NCBI GenBank assembly: GCA_964631145.1
Contig: CAZVXT010000001.1
Location: 393,237 to 457,236 of the forward strand
From: an uncultured Candidatus Saccharibacteria bacterium
Lineage (GTDB): Bacteria; Patescibacteriota; Doudnabacteria; UBA920
Direction: 5' to 3'
DNA length: 64,000 nt
Part shown: positions 27,228 to 37,599 of the stretch, one piece after another
Numbering within the stretch: position 1 is the stretch's first letter
Layout of the letters: each line of letters opens with the position of its first letter
The notes under the pieces: generated by a model
Told to the model about the DNA's origin: nothing
Seen by the model: the letters and a program-made list of their open reading frames with translations, nothing else
Database searches by the model: none
Made by a program: the position numbers and the translations under genes

Positions 27228-28136
27228 TTATTTTACTAAATTTAATTTATACTCAGTCTCTTTGATGGTGTTTTTTAAAACATCATTATGTTCTGCCAAG
27301 TTTTCTTTAAAAACTGGCAATATTTCTCGTAGTCTCTCTTCAGCTGGTTTTAATGTTATTCCCAAAGACTCAAGTTTGGTGATATCTAAAACAGAATCAA
27401 TTCGTTTAGCGAACGTCATCGCATTTAATTCATCTTTTGAAATTAAATTTACTTCTAAATCTGGCTTTACTAATTCTTTTAGTAACAACGCTACTTTATA
27501 CGGAGACATTACACCTGGATTAGCAACATTGTAAATACCTGTTGCGTTTTTTTCTATTAACTGGTTTGTTACGTCTAATAAATCTTCTACTACTGTTAAA
27601 GAATTTGGCGTATCAATAAATTTATTATAAGTGAGCATTTTGGTAAAAGCATTTCTAGGTGAGGCAATACTGCTTACAGGTTGACGGGGGCGAACAATCA
27701 AAACTTTTAAATTATCACGATCATGGCGAAGCATTAGCATTTCATCGGCCCAATATTTTGTCCATGAGTAAAAAGATGTGGGAGTTGGTGGGTCGTTCTC
27801 TTTATGGGCTTCTGCTGGGGTGCTACTTGCTTGAATACATCCCGTCGACAAGTGAACTAAATATTTATTTAAGACTTGGCATGCTTGCCCAACAATATCT
27901 GCGCCTAACGTATTGTTGTCAAAGCATTCTAGTTGATTCATTTCACACCAATCTAAGTTTGTTTTTGCAGCTGTGTTTATGACTATGTCCGCATTAAATT
28001 CTGTGATTGCATTTTTAACTTGATCCAATTTGCGAATATCTGTGCCTTCAGCAATTTTTGTCTCGATATTTTTACTAGTAAAATATTCTAGATATGCAGT
28101 GCCAATTTGTCCTTTTCCTAAAATTAAAATTTTCAT
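27228..28136 (-). CDS. dTDP-4-dehydrorhamnose reductase family SDR (RmlD-like)
   Basis: GKGQIG, INTAAKT, YSWTK; within rml cluster. Confidence 0.85.
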   Translation of the reverse strand: MKILILGKGQIGTAYLEYFTSKNIETKIAEGTDIRKLDQVKNAITEFNADIVINTAAKTNLDWCEMNQLECFDNNTLGADIVGQACQVLNKYLVHLSTGCIQASSTPAEAHKENDPPTPTSFYSWTKYWADEMLMLRHDRDNLKVLIVRPRQPVSSIASPRNAFTKMLTYNKFIDTPNSLTVVEDLLDVTNQLIEKNATGIYNVANPGVMSPYKVALLLKELVKPDLEVNLISKDELNAMTFAKRIDSVLDITKLESLGITLKPAEERLREILPVFKENLAEHNDVLKNTIKETEYKLNLVK

Positions 28137-29152
28137 ACGTTTTTATTTAATAGTTGTTCGCCTTTACTTTGGTAAAATGATTCGCTTTCTTCTGCAAGCG
28201 GCTTCCACCATTCTTGATTGTTTTTATACCAATCTACGGTTTGTACAAGCCACTGGTCAAAGCTATGTTCTGGTGACCAACCTAATTGTTGATTAATTTT
28301 GCTCCAATCCACAGCATATTTAACATCATGACCTGCGCGGTCAGTTACCATTTCTATCCGCTCTTTAGGAAGTTGCAATATTTCTAATATTTTTTCGGCA
28401 ACTTCTTTGTTAGAAATCTCCTGGGTCATGCCTCCAATGCAATAAGTCTGACCAATTTGCCCTTTTTCTAAGATTGCTTCGATGGCTCTACAGTGGTCTT
28501 CTACATGTAGCCAATCTCTTACTTGATTGCCAGGTGTGTAAAGTCTAATGTTTTGTCCATTTATTAATCTGATAATGCAACGTGGTATAAATTTCTCTGG
28601 ATAATGATAAGGTCCAAAATTATTACTACAGTTACTAATTGTCACTGGTAGATTGTAAGTATCAAAATATGATCTTACCAAATGATCGCTTGCCGCTTTG
28701 CTTGCGGAGTAGGGACTGCTTGGTTTGTAAGGAGTTTGTTCGTTAAATTTCCAATGCTCATCAAGATTGATTGATCCAAAAACTTCATCAGTAGAAATAT
28801 GATGAAATCTTTTTATGTTTAATTTTCTTGCTGTTTCTAAAAGTACATGGGTTCCCAGTACGTTACTTTTGGTAAAAATGTATGGATCGTGAATACTTCT
28901 ATCGACATGGCTTTCTGCTGCAAAATGTACAACAGTATCACATCCGTTCATGGATTCTTCGACGGTTTTGGGATCTGCAACATCGCCTTCAATAAATTCA
29001 ATTTTATCTAAACAATCCTTTAGACTGGCTTTATTGCCAGCATATGTAAGCTTATCAAGTACAACAATTTGGTCTTGAGGGTGATTTTTAAGCCAAAATC
29101 TAACAAAATTAGAGCCAATAAAGCCGGCTCCGCCAGTAATAAGTAATCTCAT
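28133..29152 (-). CDS. rfbB: dTDP-glucose 4,6-dehydratase
   Basis: TGGAGFIGS, AAESHVDRS, STDEV, YSASK. Confidence 0.96.
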   Translation of the reverse strand: MRLLITGGAGFIGSNFVRFWLKNHPQDQIVVLDKLTYAGNKASLKDCLDKIEFIEGDVADPKTVEESMNGCDTVVHFAAESHVDRSIHDPYIFTKSNVLGTHVLLETARKLNIKRFHHISTDEVFGSINLDEHWKFNEQTPYKPSSPYSASKAASDHLVRSYFDTYNLPVTISNCSNNFGPYHYPEKFIPRCIIRLINGQNIRLYTPGNQVRDWLHVEDHCRAIEAILEKGQIGQTYCIGGMTQEISNKEVAEKILEILQLPKERIEMVTDRAGHDVKYAVDWSKINQQLGWSPEHSFDQWLVQTVDWYKNNQEWWKPLAEESESFYQSKGEQLLNKNV

Positions 29153-29209
29153 ATAGTTATTATATCTAAAATATCGATAAACTTAAATTTTGCTATAATT
29201 AGCTTATAT

Positions 29210-30232
29210 ATGAACAATGACCTTCAAAATTTACCTAAAGTATTGCTAATACAAGTGGTTTTAAATTCTATGAAATTTATTCCTCAAGTATTTAAAGCAG
29301 CTTTAGAGCAAGATTATCCAAACTTTGAATTTGTTGCAGTAATAGCTGGTAGTAATGATGGTAGTAAAGAGTATATACAAAAAAACTTTCCTCAAGTGAA
29401 AGTAGTTGACCTTGGTTATAATATTGGTTTTGCAAAAGGGCATAATATTATTTTTGAACAAAATAACTTTGATTATTATCAGCTAGTAAATCCAGATTTA
29501 ATAATGCCCAAAAATTTTGTATCAACGATGGTTAATGCGGCGCTTCAAGATCAGTCTATTGCGGCTGTGAGCGGTAAAACTTTGCTATATGATTTTGTAA
29601 ATAATCAACCAACCAACAAAATAGATTCTACAGGGGTAACTTATTTCAAAAGTGGCGCAGCAAGAGATAGAGGACAGCATCAAGAAGATAGGGGGCAATT
29701 TGATGCTCAAACAAATATTATTGCAGTATCTGGCGCTGCGACTTTGTATAGCAATAAAGCTTTGCAATCTATTTGTTATACAAATAAAGATGATCGTAAA
29801 GAATATTTTGACGAAGATTTATGGCTATATTTTGAAGATGTGGATCTTAGCCTTCGTCTGATTAATGCAGGATATAAAATTATTTATGAGCCAAAGGCTG
29901 TTGCCTATCATGGGCGAGCGGCTGGGTCCAGTAAAGGTGGTTATGTTAGGCTTTGGTCTTATATAAGGCACCACCGTAATATTAGTCAGCAGATCAGAGA
30001 ATTAAATTACAAAAATCACATTTTTCTATTTATCAAAAACAGTCCAAAGTGGTATTGGCAATTTTTTGTACGAGAATTTTTTTATCAAATTTATGTTTTA
30101 TTTTTAGAAACATCCACTTTAAAAGTTTTGCCAAAATTGTTTAAACAATTACCAGGTATATTAAAGAAGCGAAAATTTATTCAACAAAACCGTAAAATTT
30201 CTACCCAAGACTTTGAAAAGCTAATGTCATAA
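29210..30232 (+). CDS. Glycosyltransferase family 2
   Basis: NIGFAKGHN, NPD, FEDVDL. Confidence 0.9.
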   Translation: MNNDLQNLPKVLLIQVVLNSMKFIPQVFKAALEQDYPNFEFVAVIAGSNDGSKEYIQKNFPQVKVVDLGYNIGFAKGHNIIFEQNNFDYYQLVNPDLIMPKNFVSTMVNAALQDQSIAAVSGKTLLYDFVNNQPTNKIDSTGVTYFKSGAARDRGQHQEDRGQFDAQTNIIAVSGAATLYSNKALQSICYTNKDDRKEYFDEDLWLYFEDVDLSLRLINAGYKIIYEPKAVAYHGRAAGSSKGGYVRLWSYIRHHRNISQQIRELNYKNHIFLFIKNSPKWYWQFFVREFFYQIYVLFLETSTLKVLPKLFKQLPGILKKRKFIQQNRKISTQDFEKLMS

Positions 30233-30283
30233 ATAAAAACGCAGATTAAAATAATCTGCGTAAGCTTGCACTAACATTGTAAG

Positions 30284-30844
30284 CTATTCAGCTTTAATAA
30301 TTTCATTATATTTAGCTTGGTATTTTTTTAAGCTCTCAGCTAATTGGATAATTTCTGTGTAAGTAAGATCGTTTATTTTTTCATTATCCATATAGATAAA
30401 AATTTTATTATCCGATAATTCGGTAAAAAGACGAGCGATTTTTTCATTTTCAAAAAGATAGTGAAATGCTTCGCTAAGAGAGTTCATTTTTTCCTTAGAT
30501 GTGAAATCTTGTAGAACTTCTGCTTTTATGGGACAAATATCAAGAAAATTTTGAATAATGATTTTGAAATCTGCTTCTAATTCAAGCATTTCTTTATGTT
30601 TATTATCTAAATCTCTCCAATACATTATTACAAAGTCTTTAACCTGCATAGAACAAGATTTATCGATCTTGTCAAAATTAAATTTAAGTTCCTGCTTTAT
30701 ATGATGCAGTTCGATTAGGCTTTTGAATATGACAATTTGTTCTTTTTCAATTTGCGTTTTCCAAACTTTTCCTACTAGTTTGTTTATTTCTTGTATAATA
30801 TATTCTTGTATAACTTCTAACTCAGCTTTTTGTGGCTTTGGCAT
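30284..30844 (-). CDS. Hypothetical protein (orphan, SD-led)
   Basis: GGAGG RBS before ATG 30844; TTGACA-17-TATAAT upstream. Confidence 0.78.
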   Translation of the reverse strand: MPKPQKAELEVIQEYIIQEINKLVGKVWKTQIEKEQIVIFKSLIELHHIKQELKFNFDKIDKSCSMQVKDFVIMYWRDLDNKHKEMLELEADFKIIIQNFLDICPIKAEVLQDFTSKEKMNSLSEAFHYLFENEKIARLFTELSDNKIFIYMDNEKINDLTYTEIIQLAESLKKYQAKYNEIIKAE

Positions 30845-30992
30845 TGTTGTCCTCCATATAAATTGAATTGCTAACACAGAATTATAGAATAAATATGTCT
30901 AGTTGTCAATTAATCAAACTTTATATCTATGTATAAAGAGTTGATTTATATTTAAAATTAGCTTATAATATTACGAAATATAAGGAGGCTTT

Positions 30993-31502
30993 ATGAAGGA
31001 AGGTGGTTATGGCAGAAATAAAAATAATCTCCGATTTTTGGGAAAACCAAATCGTAATAATAATTCTGCAAAGAAAATAGAATCTTTTATTAAGAGAAAA
31101 AACTTGCCGGGTGCTCAACTTAATTCTACGGATAAGAAAGGGATAAAAAATGAACAAAGATTTTTTAGAGCATTTCAAAACCCAAATTTTAAATTTCCAG
31201 ATTACTTTATTTCTATTGAAGAGGCTAGTATAGATGATGATATAAATGGAGTAGACTTTTTTATTTTAATGAAAGAACAAGTCTATATGCCTGTGAATAT
31301 CAAAAGTTCTTTAAAAGGTTGTTTTGAATTTGAAGCGGAAAAGTCTAGTTATAAAAATTATTATTACCGCAGAATAATTATGCCTTTTGCGGTTTTGAAA
31401 AAATATAATCAAATAACAATGCTGAAAAAATTCTTTAAACTAGTTGATAGATGGAGAGAAGAATTTTTGCAACAGCTTGCAGTTAAGCCGGCCAATGATT
31501 AG
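30993..31502 (+). CDS. Possible PD-(D/E)xK nuclease-fold protein (orphan, SD-led)
   Basis: AAGGAGG RBS; DDINGVDFFI..VNIKSS. Confidence 0.65.
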   Translation: MKEGGYGRNKNNLRFLGKPNRNNNSAKKIESFIKRKNLPGAQLNSTDKKGIKNEQRFFRAFQNPNFKFPDYFISIEEASIDDDINGVDFFILMKEQVYMPVNIKSSLKGCFEFEAEKSSYKNYYYRRIIMPFAVLKKYNQITMLKKFFKLVDRWREEFLQQLAVKPAND

Positions 31503-31559
31503 TAAAGCGTTAAATTAACGCTTTTTTATTTTATCTAAATAGTTGGGTATAATGTTTTT

Positions 31560-32459
31560 ATGAAGTTATCGATTATTATAGTTCCGTATAAATGCAAAGA
31601 TAAGCTGGAAGTTACCTTAGATGCTGTTTTTGCAAGCAGTCTTTCTTTTGATTATGAAGTATTTGTTGTAGATAATAATTCTGAAGATGGAACCGATGAA
31701 CTAATTAAAACTAAGTATTTGTCTAATTCTAATGTTGCTGACAAGTTAAAGTATTTACCTCAAAATACAAATTGGGGTTTTCCGATTGCAAATAATATTG
31801 CCATGAGGCAAGCCACCGGTGATTATATATTATTACTTAATCCTGATACAAAAGTAGAGCCTAATAATTTTGAGGTAATGTTAAGCTTTATGGAATCACG
31901 TCCAGATGTTGGTATATCCACTTGTAAATTGGTTAGACCAGATGGGGAAATTGATCCTGCTAGTCGTCGTAGCGAACCAAACCCTAAAGTTTCATTTTAC
32001 AGACTAAGCGGACTTCAATATTTATTCCCAAAATGGTTTGGAGCTTACAATGTTTTAAATTCAGATTTAGGTGCAGAGTCCGAGTTGGATGCATGTAGTG
32101 GCGCTTACATGTTTATGAGCAGAAAGTGTTACGAGCTTACACAGGGTTTTGACGAAAGATTTTATATGTACGGGGAGGATTTAGATTTGTGTAAAAGAGT
32201 TAGGGAATCTGGTTTAAAAGTTTGGTATTATCCCAAAACTTCTTGCGTACATTACAAAGGACAATCATCAAAGCGGGCACCGCAGAAAGCGTTATATGCT
32301 TTTCACGATGCTATGTGGATTTATTATGATAAGCATTATAGAAAAAGTTATAATGTTTTTATGGATGCGTTTGTTTACGCGGGAGTATGGGGAAGATATT
32401 ATTGGAAGAGCTTTCGAAATTTACTTAGACCAGCAAATAAAAAATTTGTTAGCAAATAA
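31560..32459 (+). CDS. Glycosyltransferase family 2 (WbbL-like rhamnosyltransferase)
   Basis: VVDNNSED, LLLNPD, FYMYGEDLD. Confidence 0.9.
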   Translation: MKLSIIIVPYKCKDKLEVTLDAVFASSLSFDYEVFVVDNNSEDGTDELIKTKYLSNSNVADKLKYLPQNTNWGFPIANNIAMRQATGDYILLLNPDTKVEPNNFEVMLSFMESRPDVGISTCKLVRPDGEIDPASRRSEPNPKVSFYRLSGLQYLFPKWFGAYNVLNSDLGAESELDACSGAYMFMSRKCYELTQGFDERFYMYGEDLDLCKRVRESGLKVWYYPKTSCVHYKGQSSKRAPQKALYAFHDAMWIYYDKHYRKSYNVFMDAFVYAGVWGRYYWKSFRNLLRPANKKFVSK

Positions 32460-32558
32460 AAAACAACTCAAATATTTGGGTTGTTTTTTATTGACGAGAA
32501 TAAAATTTTATACTAAACTACTTTGTGAGTTTTTAAAACTCATATTTTAGGAGGAACT

Positions 32559-33071
32559 ATGAAAAATTTATTAATTAAATGCGTAATTTTGTTTGTAGCT
32601 TTAGTTGGTTTTGCAAATGGTCAAACAACAAAAGTTAATGCCGATCAACCTAGAATTGCTATAGTTGTAGAAGAAGTGTTTTCTGAAGACTCTGGTTTCC
32701 GAGTTTTTCAAATCAAGACTACAGAAACGCTTCAGACCGAAGAAGTAGAACAGTATGAAGTTAAAGGTGTAAAAAAAGTTAATATTGAAGGCAATTCAAA
32801 ACTAATTAATGCTTTATATAACAAGCAGGGACTCTTTGCAACAAAAGTAGAGGTGATAAGTAATAACATTTTTTTATCATTTCATATGGATATTTTGCAA
32901 AAGTATAAATTGTCTGATTGCCGACTAATCTCTATCTTTAAAAAAGTTTTTGAGGTCATCGAAAATCATACAGAAAGAAAAGTTGTAAATGGCGGGTATT
33001 ACACCCTTCAAAAAGGCGATCTCAAAATTTTGTTGCCGTGTGCAGTAGTTAATTATCAAAGCAGGTTTTAG
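32559..33071 (+). CDS. Secreted hypothetical protein (orphan, SD-led)
   Basis: AGGAGG RBS, signal peptide, TTGACG promoter right after terminator 32461-32489. Confidence 0.78.
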   Translation: MKNLLIKCVILFVALVGFANGQTTKVNADQPRIAIVVEEVFSEDSGFRVFQIKTTETLQTEEVEQYEVKGVKKVNIEGNSKLINALYNKQGLFATKVEVISNNIFLSFHMDILQKYKLSDCRLISIFKKVFEVIENHTERKVVNGGYYTLQKGDLKILLPCAVVNYQSRF

Positions 33072-33147
33072 TAAACCTGCTTTTTACTTTATAATTTTTC
33101 TTAAACCATATTTTGACAAAAACATCAAATATATGTATAATAAAACC

Positions 33148-34602
33148 ATGAATAATGATAATACAAAATTTCCAACTGCCAGCGATGGTATTAGATCATT
33201 TCTAAAAATGGACCCACAGGAAACTGTGGATAATAATGCTTTGGCACAGGATCCAGCAGATATGGCACAAAAAATAGAAAGCGTGCAAAGCGGTATTATC
33301 GGTGCATCTGAACCCGCTGTAAAACCTCCTATAGATCTTCCCATTGCGACTCCAGAAAATACCACCACTAATCCAGACAAACCTAATGCCACTTTAGAAA
33401 GTGATCAGCCTCAGGTTTTGAATGGGCATAGCATGCAAGGCGTGGAAGATATGGCAAAAGAAGTAAATGCTGCTGGTAATTTTGGTAGTGGTCTTTTTAG
33501 TCTGTTTAAAAAAGTTTTGCCATTATTGGCAATTTTTGTAATAGGCTTAGGACTATATTATTTTTATTTTAGTGATTTTAGCTTTTCTAGTTTATTAAAC
33601 TCCAATACTTTAAAAATTGAATCTGTAACTCAATTACAAACTGACAAAAATTTGGAGACATTAAAAAATGATTTAAAAAGTGATTACGACACATGGATTA
33701 AACAGTTTTTTGTAGATGTAAACGATTCTGCAATTATTGATATGGATGCTGATGTTTCTGGTAATGGTTTAACTAACATAGAAAAATATTTATTGAATCT
33801 TAATCCAACTGTGTATAGTACTCGTGGTAATCTGAGCGATGGGCAATGTGTTATTGAAGGCACCAATCCCTGGACTGGCAAAGCTTTTACGGACAAACAA
33901 AAAGCCTTAATTGAAAAATATATCAATAAAGAAAATATTAGCAATCGTATTACTGCTGCTGCTTTAACTAGAGGTGTAACCAAATACGCTCAATATGTGA
34001 ACAGTGATTCTCCGTACTATATTGATCCTCAAACCATTAGAGAGTTACAAGCTACAAATCCAGTTATCACCACTCCTGGCAATAGCATTAATAATGGTTC
34101 TCAACCCGTTTCTACAGCTCCAAGTAATATTAAAATAGGGGACGAGATTGATCAGTCTGTTCCTGGGTTAGTAGAAATTCCTGCGCAAAAAGTTTCTGTG
34201 CCATTAATATGGACACAGGACACTAAAAATTTTGATTCAGATTTAAAGAAGGGTGTTGTTCATTATCCTGGGACGGCTATGCCCGGTGAGGTTGGTACTG
34301 CTTATATTTCTGGACACTCTAGCGGATATCTTTGGGATAAGAGCTCGTACAAACAAGTTTTTGCAGTTCTGGGAAATGTTAAAGACGGTACATCGTTTAG
34401 CATCACAGCTACTCAAAAAAATGGAAAGAAAATACGCTATAACTATGTTGTGCAAAGAAGAGGCGAGTATGCAGCAGATGATCAGGCTCAGTTTGCCAGC
34501 ACAGCAGAATCAGTAGTTGCATTATCAACATGTTGGCCGCTTAACACAACTGCCCGAAGATTGGTTATATTTGGCGTATTAACTCAAACAGAAAATTTGT
34601 AA
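33148..34602 (+). CDS. Sortase domain protein with long N-terminal extension
   Basis: GVVHYPGT, YISGHSS, LSTCWP..R; TM; TTGACA-17-TATAAT 6 nt before ATG. Confidence 0.88.
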   Translation: MNNDNTKFPTASDGIRSFLKMDPQETVDNNALAQDPADMAQKIESVQSGIIGASEPAVKPPIDLPIATPENTTTNPDKPNATLESDQPQVLNGHSMQGVEDMAKEVNAAGNFGSGLFSLFKKVLPLLAIFVIGLGLYYFYFSDFSFSSLLNSNTLKIESVTQLQTDKNLETLKNDLKSDYDTWIKQFFVDVNDSAIIDMDADVSGNGLTNIEKYLLNLNPTVYSTRGNLSDGQCVIEGTNPWTGKAFTDKQKALIEKYINKENISNRITAAALTRGVTKYAQYVNSDSPYYIDPQTIRELQATNPVITTPGNSINNGSQPVSTAPSNIKIGDEIDQSVPGLVEIPAQKVSVPLIWTQDTKNFDSDLKKGVVHYPGTAMPGEVGTAYISGHSSGYLWDKSSYKQVFAVLGNVKDGTSFSITATQKNGKKIRYNYVVQRRGEYAADDQAQFASTAESVVALSTCWPLNTTARRLVIFGVLTQTENL

Positions 34603-34631
34603 ATTATTTAAATTATCTTTTAATTGAACTG

Positions 34632-34745
34632 CTCAGTAATAACTTATTAACACTCATCTTATGTGCTACACTTTCTTAATTTTTGCTAATCGCAAAAATG
34701 GAAAGCTGTGCACAGAGGATTCATTTATAATAAATTATTACTGAG
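34632..34745. other. ~114-nt imperfect hairpin
   Basis: CTCAGTAATAA/TTATTACTGAG, TGTGC/GCACA, CTTTC/GAAAG, TTTTGC/GCAAAA nested. Confidence 0.55.
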
Positions 34746-34821
34746 TTATAAATAAACAATAACCTGTAATTCTTCAAAAAAGCACAATTTTTAGTGCTTT
34801 TTTATTATTTCTCAATGACTA

Positions 34822-35101
34822 TTGACAAAAGTACAAAATTATGTTAATATATTATTTAATCATTAAATAAGGATAAGTCCTTGCATATAAGTTAAAAACC
34901 AGTTAATATGCTCAGTTATTGATAAATATTAGGTTTTAGATAGGTTTTTGCTCACTACCGCTGTTATATTACTTTAGGCAGTTTTGGTAAGTGGGCAGTA
35001 ATTTGTCTAACACCGCTTGTAGGTTTAAGGCAAACGCCGCACCATAATATGGGCGGTGAAAGACAAAAAATCAAAAAATAAAAAATTCTAAGGAGTGGAA
35101 A
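34822..35101 (+). promoter_or_regulatory. Promoter plus ~250-nt structured 5' leader
   Basis: TTGACA-17-TAATAT; stems 34949-34997 and 35002-35067; AAGGAG RBS. Confidence 0.55.
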
Positions 35102-36460
35102 ATGAAAAATTTAATTAGTTTAATTATCGTTGTTTTAGTTTTATTTGGTGCGGCAGGGGTTACGAAGGGTCAAAATCAAATTGTTAATTTTGAAGTTTGG
35201 GCAGGAGATTTACAATTTGCAATTACTAAGTGCGGGGCACTGCCTAAAGCACAAATTAATATTGCAGAAGATTTGTATAATCCTCCTTTAGACTCCGAAC
35301 CTAAAGCCTTTACCAAAAAAAAGATGCAGTTTCGTGCACTTACTTGTATGTGGACCGGTCCAACAACAAAGTGGGCTTGGAAATATACCATAGAAGGTTC
35401 TTTATATGGTTTTGATAAAGCTGGAAATTTAATATCCTACGAAGGGACCCCTGACGGAAAGTTTAATGCTTGCCATAACAGAGTTCTGGTAGTAATTTAT
35501 CAAAAAGCTCAAATTGGAGAACCTGAAGAAGACAAAACACCAATGTGTCCAAATCAGCCATATACTGGAGTCGCTATTGCTAATGTTAAAAATTTTGGCT
35601 TGATGATTAATGATCAAGGTCAATGTGTTACGCAACCTCCACCTCCTGCAAATTACTGTAAAACTGTAAACGGTGCTGCTAATATTAATCAATTAACAAT
35701 TGACCAGGTTAACGCAATGCCAGGTTGGGAAGTTGTTGGTGATAAAGAGTGTCGAACTAAGCAAGAGCCAGTTTGTGATAGCATTGATGGGCAAGCTAAT
35801 TCTACAGGCATAACTGTAAAAATGGCGAAAGCCATGGGTTATCAAGTCGAAGGTGGTAAATGTTTTAAACCGGAACCAATATGCCAGACAGTCAAGCAAA
35901 ATGGACAAGTAGTCAATACTTATTTGACTATTAAAGAAGCTATTGCCCAAGGTTACAAAATTGATAAACATCAAGGATGTGAACTTAAAGGTAGTGGTGG
36001 TTTCTGGTCTGGATTTGCTAGAGTCGCATGTGGTGCCGGAACTGGTTTTGCACTTGATGCTATTAGAACTGGTAACATATTCAGTATGCGTTCATTAGGA
36101 GCTGCTGGTATGGGAGCCGCAGGTGGTTTTGCTACATTTGGTATTCCGTGGGCTAAAGATTCTAGTCATTGGTTTACTGGCTGTGCTGGTGGTTTAACAG
36201 TATTATTATTACCTCCTGGAAAGGATGGTAAATGTGCTGCTGATCAAACTCCGGTATATGGTAGTGACGGTAAGACTTTGATTGCATGCGGAACCAAAAC
36301 TTTGCTCCCAGGTGATACCACTGGCGGAGTTAATAAGCCTCGGGTCCTACTAGGCTTTGCCGGTGAATCTACAGTAGGCGGTAGCCAAACTAATAACAAT
36401 AAGCCCGATGAACCTGCTCCTAAAAAGAGCAAGGTCTCGGTGGATGGAAATCCTTATTGA
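35102..36460 (+). CDS. Secreted Cys-rich repeat protein with Gly-zipper-like hydrophobic region
   Basis: Signal peptide, 3-4 ~36-aa Cys-bracketed repeats, Gly/Ala-rich C-terminal helices; terminator 36483-36515. Confidence 0.82.
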   Translation: MKNLISLIIVVLVLFGAAGVTKGQNQIVNFEVWAGDLQFAITKCGALPKAQINIAEDLYNPPLDSEPKAFTKKKMQFRALTCMWTGPTTKWAWKYTIEGSLYGFDKAGNLISYEGTPDGKFNACHNRVLVVIYQKAQIGEPEEDKTPMCPNQPYTGVAIANVKNFGLMINDQGQCVTQPPPPANYCKTVNGAANINQLTIDQVNAMPGWEVVGDKECRTKQEPVCDSIDGQANSTGITVKMAKAMGYQVEGGKCFKPEPICQTVKQNGQVVNTYLTIKEAIAQGYKIDKHQGCELKGSGGFWSGFARVACGAGTGFALDAIRTGNIFSMRSLGAAGMGAAGGFATFGIPWAKDSSHWFTGCAGGLTVLLLPPGKDGKCAADQTPVYGSDGKTLIACGTKTLLPGDTTGGVNKPRVLLGFAGESTVGGSQTNNNKPDEPAPKKSKVSVDGNPY

Positions 36461-36683
36461 TAATTAATTATCTAAATAAGGTCGGTAGAAGTTTAAAAGC
36501 TTCTACCGTTTTTTTATTTATAAATATAGCACTGATATTTTTTTAAAGACAATAGCTTAAAAGAATGATTCATTACAGATTTTTTAAATGTTTTTGTCAA
36601 TTTGCAAACTTGTAGATTTTGTTATAATGACAAGACTAGCATTGTTGCTAAATTTACAAAATTACAAATTTAAGGGGGATTTT

Positions 36684-37355
36684 ATGAAAAAAATCTTAGG
36701 TATCGTTTTTTGTTTGGCGATTTTTACTGGGTTTACATTTGCTCAAAGTTCCGGTTCTTGGAAAGTTACCAAATGTTGGAACCCGCAAAAGCAAAAATAT
36801 TATGACTGCTATGAACCTGTTAATAGTTCGGCAAATCCGGGGCAGCAAAATACCGCTCAAGTCAAAAATAATTCCAATTCTGGCAGCGGTAACCAAGTGA
36901 TTGTTAATGGTAATAATAATATTGTTAACATCGGCGGATCTCAGCCAGGCTATCGACCTGGTTCTCAGGCACCATCTAATCAACAACAAGAGCCGCAAAG
37001 ACAACGTCGGCAAAATAATATTGTTTATAACAACGCGGATCCTTATAATGGGGAAGTTGTTTACGGAAGAAATTACAACAACTCTTATGATAATGGGTAT
37101 GAATGCAATAATCGTTGCCAGGAACAAACCAGGCTTAGTAATTTGCCCATTCAGCATACTCAGACTGTGCGAACGGTGCAGCAACGAATAATTCTAAACA
37201 GCAATGACCCTTATACGTGGAGTCGAGGTAGAAATATTCCAAGTGCGAGTTATGAAATTCGTATCAATCAGCAAACCGTTAAGGTGCAAAGCAATACTAA
37301 TAATCCGCCGTTTATTAGGGTTGATGACAGCGGTGGTTGGTATTATTACCAATAG
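36684..37355 (+). CDS. Secreted N/Q-rich hypothetical protein (orphan, SD-led)
   Basis: AAGGGGG RBS, signal peptide, terminator 37377-37412. Confidence 0.78.
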   Translation: MKKILGIVFCLAIFTGFTFAQSSGSWKVTKCWNPQKQKYYDCYEPVNSSANPGQQNTAQVKNNSNSGSGNQVIVNGNNNIVNIGGSQPGYRPGSQAPSNQQQEPQRQRRQNNIVYNNADPYNGEVVYGRNYNNSYDNGYECNNRCQEQTRLSNLPIQHTQTVRTVQQRIILNSNDPYTWSRGRNIPSASYEIRINQQTVKVQSNTNNPPFIRVDDSGGWYYYQ

Positions 37356-37599
37356 TTGTATCTAGATTTATTATTTAAGCGTAAAAGATATTATTTCTTT
37401 TGCGCTTTTTTTATCCTATCAACAATTCATATTATAAATGGGCAAACTATATACAACACACCAATTTATCAAATAAAATATTATATGACATTTGTGTTCC
37501 GGATAATTCGGCTTTCATAATATCGAGGATTTTTTATAACCCTCGATTATTTCTGGTATAATGATTAAAAGGTTTATCTTAAATTACTAATATTTTACG

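Noticed and set aside
34622-34755. Integron attC sites explaining the cassettes
   Set aside because: No proper RYYYAAC/GTTRRRY boxes, no integrase, cassettes are dispersed with their own promoters
35020-35070. c-di-GMP-I riboswitch suggested by GGCAAAC...GAAAG
   Set aside because: Lacks the GNRA-capped stem, GACGCAAA segment and receptor hairpin
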